Source of the DNA: Nitratidesulfovibrio vulgaris str. Hildenborough
GTDB taxonomy: Bacteria > Desulfobacterota > Desulfovibrionia > Desulfovibrionales > Desulfovibrionaceae
Assembly: GCF_000195755.1 (NCBI RefSeq)
Contig: NC_002937.3
Location: forward strand, 150,001 to 182,000
DNA: 32,000 bases
Direction: 5' to 3'
The first letter of the stretch is position 1, and each line of letters begins with the position of its first letter. The translations under genes were made by a program, and so were the position numbers. Below are positions 25,485 to 32,000 of this stretch, in pieces. Under the pieces are notes generated by a model. That model saw only the letters and a program-made list of their open reading frames with translations. It ran no database searches and was not told where the DNA came from.

Positions 25485-25591
25485 AGGCGGCAGACGCTTC
25501 GAGGGACTCATGCCGATGGGGTGCTTTGCCACCTGCAATGAGTAGCCATGCGTCTTGACGGCTGAAGCAAACAGTCAGGAAAGGAAGACCG

Positions 25592-26005
25592 ATGACGAAG
25601 ACGGAATCCGGGCGAAGCCTGCTGCTCATCGATGACGAGGACGGATTCCTCGCAGTGATGCGGAGAAGGTTCGAGCGACGCGGCTACGACGTGGCTACGG
25701 CGGGCAGCGGCGCGGAGGCCCTGCGTCTGTTGCGGGAAAGGCGTTTCGAGGCCGCTGTGCTCGACCTCAAGATGGGCGACATGGATGGTTTCGAATTGCT
25801 GCGCATCTTTCGGCGCATGGCCCCGGAGATGCCCGTGGTGATGCTGACGGGACACGGGGGTGAGACCGAGGCGGCCGAGGGGCTGCGGCTTGGCGCTGCG
25901 GGCTACCTTCTCAAACCGTGTGATTTCGAGGCGCTTGTGGAATGTCTGGATGGTGCGCTGACGCAGGACGACTCCGGCGGTGCCACGGACGGGCAGGCTA
26001 CGTGA
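25592..26005 (+). CDS. single-domain response regulator
   Basis: LLLIDDEDGF, AVLDLKMGDMDG and YLLKPC receiver motifs. 137 aa with no output domain. GGAAAGGAAG lies upstream of the ATG. Confidence 0.9.
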   Translation: MTKTESGRSLLLIDDEDGFLAVMRRRFERRGYDVATAGSGAEALRLLRERRFEAAVLDLKMGDMDGFELLRIFRRMAPEMPVVMLTGHGGETEAAEGLRLGAAGYLLKPCDFEALVECLDGALTQDDSGGATDGQAT

Positions 26006-26334
26006 CCCTGCCGCGTACGGGAGGGGATGCGTCCCGGGGCGTGCGGAGTGCCTGATGCACAGACATCCCATGAGGGCCGGAAGGTCGGATTCACCGGCGT
26101 GCGGTGTGTCTGTGGCCTCTGTGCCGGGCCGTGAGGTATCCCTGTCGTTCCCGTGCATGCCGTTGCGGTGCCCCGCTGGAGGGACGGCTGCGCAATGGAG
26201 GAAGGACTGCGAAGCTGACATGCGCCGCGTGCCGCGTGGATGCCATGCCGTCACCCTGTCCATGCCGGATGCCTCTGCCCTGCCGACACCGCGCCGCCCT
26301 TGCCCTTGGCGGTGGTTCGTGGTAGCCGCACACG

Positions 26335-27009
26335 ATGTTCGACCTCGACATGTCCATGCAGGTCAGGCGTCTCGCCGTGGCCTTCGTCCCCATGCTTCTG
26401 GGCATCGTTTGCCATGAGGTGGCCCACGGCTGGGCCGCATGGCGACAGGGGGACCCCACGGCCCGTTCCCTTGGGCGTCTCACGCTCAATCCTGCCCCGC
26501 ACATCGACCCCATGGGCGGGCTGATGTTCGTGCTCACCTCATTGATGGGACCGTTCATCATCGGCTGGGCCAAGCCCGTGCCGGTGAACCCCCGCTGGTT
26601 CGCCAACCCGCGGCGTGGCATGATGCTGGTCTCTCTGGCGGGGCCCGGTGCCAACGTCGTGCTGGCTGTGGCCTTCGGTCTCGTGCTCAAGCTCTTCGTC
26701 ATGCTGCTGCCTCCCATGCAATGGCAGGGAGACGGCACCTACGACTTCTTCATGAACATGCTCATCACCGGGGTGTGGGTCAACTTCACCCTCGCGTGGT
26801 TCAACATGCTTCCGCTGCCGCCCCTCGACGGCGGTCACGTCGTGGCGGGGCTTCTGCCCTCGCGCCTTGCGTGGCGTTACGAACAACTCGAACGCTACGG
26901 CTTCGTCATCATCATCCTGCTGCTCGCAAGCGGTATCGTCGGGCGTGTCATCTACCCGCTCATCCAAGGCTCCGTCTACATGGTGCTCTGGTCGCTGGGT
27001 CTCGCCTGA
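26335..27009 (+). CDS. site-2 protease family (M50) membrane metalloprotease
   Basis: HEVAHG zinc motif within TM1 and NMLPLPPLDGGHV (NxxPxxxLDG) motif. Polytopic, 224 aa. Confidence 0.85.
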   Translation: MFDLDMSMQVRRLAVAFVPMLLGIVCHEVAHGWAAWRQGDPTARSLGRLTLNPAPHIDPMGGLMFVLTSLMGPFIIGWAKPVPVNPRWFANPRRGMMLVSLAGPGANVVLAVAFGLVLKLFVMLLPPMQWQGDGTYDFFMNMLITGVWVNFTLAWFNMLPLPPLDGGHVVAGLLPSRLAWRYEQLERYGFVIIILLLASGIVGRVIYPLIQGSVYMVLWSLGLA

Positions 27010-27037
27010 CAATCGCCCCATTCCCGGAGGAGAATCC

Positions 27038-28027
27038 ATGACCAGACCCGAATCACGCACTGTTTCCGGCATGCGCCCCACAGGGCCGCTGCACCTCGGC
27101 CACTATTTCGGGGTGTTGAAGAACTGGGTGGAGATGCAGCACGAGATGGAGGCGTATTTCTTCGTCGCCGACTGGCACGCCCTGACCAGTGACTTCGCCG
27201 AACCTTCGCGCATCAAGGAATTCGTCCCTGAACTGGTGAAGGACTGGGTCGCCGCCGGTCTCGATCCCGAGAAGTGTGTCATCTTCCAGCAGTCGCAGGT
27301 GAAGGAGCACGCCGAACTGCACCTCATCCTCTCCATGATCACGCCGGTCAGCTGGCTGGAACGCAACCCCACCTACAAGGAACAGCAGCAGGAGATAACC
27401 ACCAAGGACCTCGGCAACTACGGGTTCCTCGGCTATCCGGTGCTGATGGCTTCCGACATCCTCATCTATCGCCCCAAGTGGGTTCCCGTGGGGCAGGACC
27501 AGTTGCCGCACCTTGAGCTGACCCGCGAGATAGGCCGACGCTTCAACCATTTCTACGGTGACTTCTTCCCCGAACCGGAAGCGCGTCTGACCCCGGCGGC
27601 CAAGTGTCCCGGTCTCGACGGGCGCAAGATGTCCAAGAGTTACGGCAATGGCATCTACCTGCGCGACACCATCGAAGAGGTGGCACCCAAGGTGCGCGGC
27701 ATGTTCACCGACCCCGCCCGCCTGCGCAAGAGCGACCCCGGCAACCCCGATGTCTGCAACCTCTTCCCCTATCACGTGCTGATGACCGACGCCGAGAAGC
27801 AGGCAGAAATCCGCGAAGGATGCACCAGCGCGAAACTCGGCTGCGTGGACTGCAAGAAGATGTTCCTCGAAAGTCTCGCCCGTTTCTTCGAGCCGCTGCA
27901 TGAGCGTCGCCGTGTCCTCGACGCGGACCCCGAGCGCGTACGCGCCATCCTCGAAGACGGCAACACCCGCGCCCGCCGTGAAGCCGCCGCCACCATGGAC
28001 GGCGTGCGTTCGCGCATCCACTTCTAG
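27038..28027 (+). CDS. trpS: tryptophan--tRNA ligase
   Basis: Track ORF trimmed to ATG 27038 (GGAGGAG 4 nt upstream). Class I HIGH-type motif PTGPLHLGHY and KMSKS motif present exactly. Length of 329 aa is typical of TrpS. Confidence 0.9.
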   Translation: MTRPESRTVSGMRPTGPLHLGHYFGVLKNWVEMQHEMEAYFFVADWHALTSDFAEPSRIKEFVPELVKDWVAAGLDPEKCVIFQQSQVKEHAELHLILSMITPVSWLERNPTYKEQQQEITTKDLGNYGFLGYPVLMASDILIYRPKWVPVGQDQLPHLELTREIGRRFNHFYGDFFPEPEARLTPAAKCPGLDGRKMSKSYGNGIYLRDTIEEVAPKVRGMFTDPARLRKSDPGNPDVCNLFPYHVLMTDAEKQAEIREGCTSAKLGCVDCKKMFLESLARFFEPLHERRRVLDADPERVRAILEDGNTRARREAAATMDGVRSRIHF

Positions 28028-28038
28028 GGGGCTATGGC

Positions 28039-28815
28039 ATGACATCCTCCGAAGAGCGCGACGCCACACAGGCGTTTCTGGACAGCCTGCCCGAGCTTGA
28101 ATCGGGCGAGAGCTTCAGGTTCTCGTGCCACCCCGGCGTGCGGTGCTTCAACGCCTGCTGTTCCGACCTCACCATGCCGCTGACGCCGTACGACGTGCTC
28201 CGCCTGCGGCGGAATCTCGGCATGGACAGCGAGACCTTCATCGCCGAACATGCCCGTGTGGGGCAGTACCCCGATACGGGCTTCCCGCTGCTGCACCTGC
28301 GCATGAGCGACCATCCACTGAAGCTGTGCCCCTTCGTCTCCGACGAGGGCTGCACGGTCTACCCCGACAGGTCGAGCGCATGCCGTACCTACCCCCTCGG
28401 GCGTGCCACCCGTGAAGACGAGGACGGCAACGTGGTGGAGCAGTTCTTCGTCGTGCAGGAGGAGCACTGCCGGGGCTTTGAAGAGACCAAGGCGTGGACG
28501 TCGGCCACATGGTTGCAGGATCAGGGACTGGAGCCCTACTACCGCTGGAACGACGCCTATATGAGCCTCATGGCACGGCAGCGTCGCACCGGGACGGTAC
28601 TGGGGCCCAAGCATGCGACCATGTGCCTGCTGGCGTTCTATCAGCTTGACCGCTTCGCCGATTTCGTGCGCGGGGTGCATCTGTTCTCCCGTCTCGATGT
28701 GGACGAAGCGCGGCAGGAACGCATCCTCGCCGACGAGGAGGAACGCCTCGGCTTCGCGCTGGAGTGGGCTGAACTCGTGCTCTTCGGCGATTGCGCCACC
28801 TTGCGGATGCTCTAG
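28039..28815 (+). CDS. YkgJ-family (UPF0153) cysteine-cluster protein
   Basis: Cys clusters FSCHPGVRCFNACCSDL and LCPFVSDEGCTVYPDRSSACRTYP are typical of the family. AGGGGG lies 7 nt upstream of the ATG. Confidence 0.75.
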   Translation: MTSSEERDATQAFLDSLPELESGESFRFSCHPGVRCFNACCSDLTMPLTPYDVLRLRRNLGMDSETFIAEHARVGQYPDTGFPLLHLRMSDHPLKLCPFVSDEGCTVYPDRSSACRTYPLGRATREDEDGNVVEQFFVVQEEHCRGFEETKAWTSATWLQDQGLEPYYRWNDAYMSLMARQRRTGTVLGPKHATMCLLAFYQLDRFADFVRGVHLFSRLDVDEARQERILADEEERLGFALEWAELVLFGDCATLRML

Positions 28816-28989
28816 GGGCATTCGTAGTGCACCCGCCGCGTCGCTGGTCGTCCACTCCGTCGCCTCGCCGCGTGCGGTCATGACGCGAGGCGTATGCGCC
28901 GTATAGAGGCACCACGCCACGTCCCACCGGTCGGGTTCGGGCTGGATAGCCTTGCCGGAAGCCCGACCATCGCACACACCGTATCCAAG

Positions 28990-29020
28990 GCCACCCGCCC
29001 GTAAAGGCGGGTGGCTTCTC
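28990..29020 (+). terminator. stem-loop with a short U-rich tail; terminator or attenuator just upstream of the rfaE2 Shine-Dalgarno
   Basis: GCCACCCGCC (28990-28999), loop CGTAAA, GGCGGGTGGC (29006-29015), then TTCTC. It starts 175 nt after the ykgJ-like stop and ends about 8 nt before the AGGAGG of the next gene. Confidence 0.55.
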
Positions 29021-29040
29021 ATCCCGCAGGAGGTTGCACC

Positions 29041-29643
29041 ATGGCAGACACCACCGTGCCGCAAGGGGCGACAGGCGACGCACCCGGCAAGCATGCAGAG
29101 GGTGCGCACTCGGAAGGTGTGTCGGCCCCCAGTCTGGATGCCTGTGCCGGTGCGCTGCCAGCGCACCCCGGCGTGGTGACTCTGTCGCGTCTTGTCGACT
29201 GTCTCGCACCGCTTCGTGCCGCCGGAAAGCGCATCGTCTTCACCAACGGCTGCTACGACATCGTGCATCCGGGGCATGTGGACCTCTTGGCGCGTGCCCG
29301 TGCCGAGGGCGACCTGCTGGTGCTGGGCCTCAATTCCGACGAGTCGGTCAGGCGGCAGGGCAAGGGGGCGGACCGTCCGGTGAACCCCTTCGAGGTTCGC
29401 GCCTTCGTGCTGGCGCATCTTGCCAGTGTGGACTTCGTCGTCCGCTTCGACGAGGACACGCCCTATGAACTCATCAAGGCCGTGCGTCCCCATGTGCTGG
29501 TGAAGGGGGGCGACTGGGCCATCGACCGCATCGTCGGACGTGACATCGTGGAAGGTGACGGGGGACGGGTGTTGAGTCTGCCCCTGTTGCCGGGATTCTC
29601 CACCACCGCCCTCATCTCACGGATACGTACCACGCACCCCTGA
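29041..29643 (+). CDS. rfaE2: D-glycero-beta-D-manno-heptose 1-phosphate adenylyltransferase (RfaE domain II only)
   Basis: [17 protein letters not shown] cytidylyltransferase motif, then VLVKGGDW and [12 protein letters not shown] as in RfaE/HldE domain II. ATG 29041 has AGGAGG 7 nt upstream. The track ORF starts at 29011. Confidence 0.85.
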   Translation: MADTTVPQGATGDAPGKHAEGAHSEGVSAPSLDACAGALPAHPGVVTLSRLVDCLAPLRAAGKRIVFTNGCYDIVHPGHVDLLARARAEGDLLVLGLNSDESVRRQGKGADRPVNPFEVRAFVLAHLASVDFVVRFDEDTPYELIKAVRPHVLVKGGDWAIDRIVGRDIVEGDGGRVLSLPLLPGFSTTALISRIRTTHP

Positions 29644-29782
29644 AAGGCGTCGCAAGACCGCCGTCTTCTCTCCTCCCTCGCTTCCGGGGGTGTGTCTCCT
29701 CATTTCCCGCATCGTCCGAACGTGTTTTCCTGATGCAGTCTGGGGCCGAAGCCCGCATGCGCGACGCCGGCATTGCCCTTTT

Positions 29783-29818
29783 CTGTCCTGATTCAGTCCG
29801 GGTACTGTCCTGATTCAG
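29783..29818. repeat. two perfect copies of CTGTCCTGATTCAG, 22 bp apart (a third degenerate copy lies at 29727-29740)
   Basis: Copies read directly at 29783-29796 and 29805-29818. TTCCTGATGCAGTC at 29727-29740 matches 12 of 14. Each copy holds the small palindrome CTGA-T-TCAG. Confidence 0.7.
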
Positions 29819-29969
29819 CATGGGGGCTGTTCGCCGTTGCGCCGTGCATGCCAGCCAGAAGCGCTCCTGACGGTGCTGGAGATGTCTTGCCATGCCGGAG
29901 TCTTCTTTGTGGCGAGGGTCGGGTGATTGACGTGGTGCGCAACGCGGCATGACCCGGCCCATGAACGAG

Positions 29970-29999
29970 GAATGCCCGTGCAGGGCTACACGGGCATTC
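29970..29999 (-). terminator. 11-bp stem-loop downstream of the minus-strand receiver gene; probable terminator
   Basis: GAATGCCCGTG (29970-29980), 8-nt loop, CACGGGCATTC (29989-29999). On the minus strand it is followed by CTCGTTCAT. It begins 30 nt after the stop at 30029. Confidence 0.5.
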
Positions 30000-30028
30000 G
30001 AGGGAGGAGTGGGAGGGTCGGGTTTCGG

Positions 30029-30436
30029 TCAGGGTTTTGCCTCCCGTTCTTCGAGCAGGCGTTCGTAGACGTTTTCGATACGTTCGAGCAGTTCCTCGAC
30101 GGGGCAGGGTTTGAGCAGATAGTCGCTGGCCCCGGCGCGCATGGCGTCGAGCGCGATGTCGGTGTAGGCGTGTCCGCTCAGGATGATGACCGCAGCATCG
30201 TCGCCCCGGCGCCGCATGGCGCGCAGCACATCCCGTCCGTCCATGTCGCCCAGCTGGATGTCGAGCAGGACGACATCTGCCGGGTTGCCGGAGAGATGTT
30301 CGAGGGCGTCGCCGCCACTCCGGGCCTCATCGACGTGGAGTCCGCGGTGGCGCAGGCGCCGTATCAGGGCGTCGCGGAAGCCGTCCTCGTCGTCGACAAG
30401 CAGGATGCGGCAGTGGGTGAGAAGTTCGCTTTCCAT
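30029..30436 (-). CDS. single-domain response regulator (paralogue of 25592..26005)
   Basis: ILLVDDEDGF, VLLDIQLGDMDG and YLLKPC receiver motifs. 135 aa with no output domain. Confidence 0.9.
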   Translation of the reverse strand: MESELLTHCRILLVDDEDGFRDALIRRLRHRGLHVDEARSGGDALEHLSGNPADVVLLDIQLGDMDGRDVLRAMRRRGDDAAVIILSGHAYTDIALDAMRAGASDYLLKPCPVEELLERIENVYERLLEEREAKP

Positions 30437-30579
30437 CGATTTCTCCCGTGATGACGCCGGGCGGATGCTGCGTGATCGTTTTGTCCCGTTTTCTCGTCGT
30501 ACCTCGGCCTGCGGCCAGCGTCCGTCCTGATGGAGGGGCGAGGCGCGGCCTTAAAAAATGTCAGGCTGGACCCTTCCGT

Positions 30580-31389
30580 TCAGCATGCGGCTGCCTGTGC
30601 GCAGACGACATCACCCACCCGCACGGGGACTGATGCGTCGATGACGAGCACCGTGTCGTCGCGGTGGATTTCGCGTACCACGCCGTCGCCCACGAGACTT
30701 CCGTCACGTCGCATGATGCGGCAGGCCATACCGCTGGACACACCCATGGCGCGCCCGATTTCGCAGGTTGCCTCGAAACCGTCACCCGTGGGCTTGAGCT
30801 TGTAGATTTCGCCGCACCCCTCTTCTCGCAGCCTTCTGGCCCACAGGTGGCCCAGCAGGAAGTCCACAAGCGCAGCGAACAGGCCGAAGGGCAGAATGCA
30901 GGCTGCGGTCACGAACGGGTCGCGGTCGAGCCACCGTTCGATACGTGAGAATGATGCTGCGCGCATGGTCTCGGCATCGGGCCAGACCACGACTTCGAAG
31001 ACGAGGGCCGGGTTCTGCTTCTCGCCGTAGGGGTCGCGTACGCTGATGACGTAGTTGCCTACCGTGGGCACGTCCCCAAGTTTCACCTCGCCGCGCCACA
31101 TCCCGCCGCCGAACCAGTAGCCGGAGTAGAGTGCCTGCGGTTGCAGCACCACCTGGCCGTCGCGCGAACCGCCGTCGACCACGAACTCCTCGACGCGCTC
31201 CGTGTTGGGCGGCATGGGGCCGCTGACGGAGTAGACGCCGCCGGGGATGCCGTCGATGCGGTTCACGCCGCGCTGCATCTGGGCCAGCAGACCATCAGCC
31301 AGCGAGAGAAGGCTCAAGGCCAGCAGGACCATGGCGATGCGGCTTGAGAACCACTGTGCCCGTGCGATGGTGACGCTGCGTTGCATCAT
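30580..31389 (-). CDS. hypothetical bitopic membrane protein (TM, ~120-aa periplasmic beta-rich region, TM, ~85-aa cytoplasmic C-terminal domain)
   Basis: ORF-track frame with genome-typical codon bias. The ATGATG start overlaps the upstream stop (ATGA). I recognise no family. Confidence 0.65.
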   Translation of the reverse strand: MMQRSVTIARAQWFSSRIAMVLLALSLLSLADGLLAQMQRGVNRIDGIPGGVYSVSGPMPPNTERVEEFVVDGGSRDGQVVLQPQALYSGYWFGGGMWRGEVKLGDVPTVGNYVISVRDPYGEKQNPALVFEVVVWPDAETMRAASFSRIERWLDRDPFVTAACILPFGLFAALVDFLLGHLWARRLREEGCGEIYKLKPTGDGFEATCEIGRAMGVSSGMACRIMRRDGSLVGDGVVREIHRDDTVLVIDASVPVRVGDVVCAQAAAC

Positions 31390-31646
31390 GAAGGCTGCCT
31401 TTCTTCGTGTCCGACGTTTTCGTGTCCGGCGTCTTCGCTGCGGGAGTTGCGGAGAAGACGCTTGCCAAGCCAGCCCACGAAGAGGGTGGGGACGAGGGCC
31501 GTGAAGAACGTCTTGCAGAATACGGGGGTGAACTCGTCGGGCTGGAGTGAGGCCCTGTACATGGCGAGGAACACGCAGGCCACCACGAGAAGGTTCACTG
31601 TAAGTACGAGGCCCCTGCGGGCAAGTTCGTGTCTGTAGTCACTCAT
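31386..31646 (-). CDS. hypothetical small membrane protein (two predicted TM helices)
   Basis: 86 aa. GGGAGA lies 7 nt upstream of the ATG. Translationally coupled to the downstream gene. Confidence 0.6.
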   Translation of the reverse strand: MSDYRHELARRGLVLTVNLLVVACVFLAMYRASLQPDEFTPVFCKTFFTALVPTLFVGWLGKRLLRNSRSEDAGHENVGHEERQPS

Positions 31647-31665
31647 GTCTATTCTCCCTGTGGGC

Positions 31666-31691
31666 GGCGGGGCCGGCCATCCGGCCCCGCC
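31666..31691 (-). terminator. GC-rich 11-bp stem-loop between genes; U-tract-less terminator or stability element
   Basis: GGCGGGGCCGG (31666-31676), loop CCAT, CCGGCCCCGCC (31681-31691). No U tract on either strand. Confidence 0.4.
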
Positions 31692-31718
31692 TTGCGTAGG
31701 GGGGGGTGTCTTTGCAGA

Positions 31719-32000
31719 CTACTTCTTGAAGATGTCGGTCTTGCTGATGTTCATGAAGCGGAGCGATACACCTTCGGTCTTGTAGTATACGCGCACTTCG
31801 TCACCGGCTTCCCATGTATGATCGGGCATCGAGAAGTACTCGTCGGGTACCGAGAAGGTGCAGAGCATCTTCTGGCGACCGGAGTAGATGGTGATGGTCT
31901 TCTTGTCGCGATCGACCATGGGGAACTTCTTCGCCGTATCGGTGGCCTTGTCGAACACCAGCGGGTGCTGCCTGTCGATGTTCTGCTGAAGGTCGATCAC
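31719..32000 (-). CDS. hypothetical protein, C-terminal part (gene continues beyond the window end)
   Basis: Open frame to the window edge. Lys/Asp/Phe/Tyr-rich soluble-looking sequence ending in DIFKK. Third positions remain G/C-rich. Confidence 0.6.
   Translation of the reverse strand: MIDLQQNIDRQHPLVFDKATDTAKKFPMVDRDKKTITIYSGRQKMLCTFSVPDEYFSMPDHTWEAGDEVRVYYKTEGVSLRFMNISKTDIFKK

Noticed and set aside
25980-26417. 145-aa Cys/Arg-rich ORF spanning the spacer between the receiver gene and the M50 protease gene.
   Set aside because: It overlaps both flanking genes, has no RBS, and its composition is typical of random high-GC frames. Its third-position G/C content is not clearly above background.
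27681-27696. TGGCAC-CCAAG-GTGCG inside trpS, a near-consensus sigma-54 match.
   Set aside because: It lies within a housekeeping coding region about 350 bp from the next start codon. A single chance near-match is expected in 64 kb of high-GC sequence counting both strands.
29612-29962. 116-aa minus-strand ORF, and the 29927..30451 plus-strand ORF, in or near the convergent spacer.
   Set aside because: The products are Arg-rich and low in complexity, there is no RBS, and the second ORF is antisense to a clear receiver gene. If the spacer is functional it is more likely non-coding.
30580-30835. Possible PilZ (c-di-GMP binding) motif RIMRR...DAS in the C-terminal domain of the 269-aa membrane protein. 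This is tempting because an HD-GYP gene is in the window.
   Set aside because: The second motif lacks the required Gly (DxSxxG). Only about 45 residues follow the RxxxR, which is too few for a PilZ barrel.
31719-32000. Lower G+C (mid-50s percent by my hand count) than the surrounding DNA, which could suggest foreign origin.
   Set aside because: Third codon positions are still strongly G/C-biased. The drop comes from a Lys/Phe/Tyr/Ile/Asp-rich protein, not from atypical codon usage.
1-32000. Searches by eye for tRNA T-arm signatures (GGTTCGAATCC-like), rRNA, CRISPR repeat-spacer periodicity, long terminal inverted repeats, and transposase, integrase or phage genes.
   Set aside because: I found none. 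The only repeats are the short regulatory-scale ones reported above. The window looks like core chromosome rather than a mobile or defence island.

Overview
This is a high-GC bacterial chromosomal segment. Its gene content (many sigma-54/two-component genes, HD-GYP, PhnD-like co-sensor, putative sulfur-anion exporters) fits a Desulfovibrio-like sulfate reducer, but that is inference only. I call 30 protein-coding genes, one of them a 32-codon ORF absent from the supplied track. They include a NodB-type deacetylase, two GT2 glycosyltransferases, and a minus-strand block running YeiH-type exporter, mini-protein, Usp, PhnD-like binding protein, histidine kinase and NtrC-type sigma-54 activator. 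There is also a YbhG/F/S/R-like efflux operon whose double ATPase is fused to a permease. Further genes are an AI-2E transporter, a PAS/HD-GYP protein, a HAD phosphatase, a TauE/SafE-like protein with an unknown membrane partner, a TtuB/TtuA-like sulfur-carrier and thiolase pair, and a receiver-kinase-receiver cluster. A housekeeping block follows (M50 protease, trpS, YkgJ, heptose-1-P adenylyltransferase), then a further stand-alone receiver and a hypothetical membrane-protein cluster. I found no rRNA, tRNA, CRISPR array, transposase, integrase or recognisable defence system. The most interesting signals are regulatory. Two full-consensus sigma-54 promoters (7812-7827 minus, 18005-18020 plus) each sit in front of a putative anion-exporter operon. 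The first has a dense GGAAC/GTTCC array at enhancer distance. Other signals are the unannotated mini-protein, a TtuB-like carrier ending in -SG instead of -GG, a perfect 20-bp palindrome upstream of a kinase gene, and phased or direct repeats in two spacers. All functional calls rest on motif recognition by eye, since no database search was possible.
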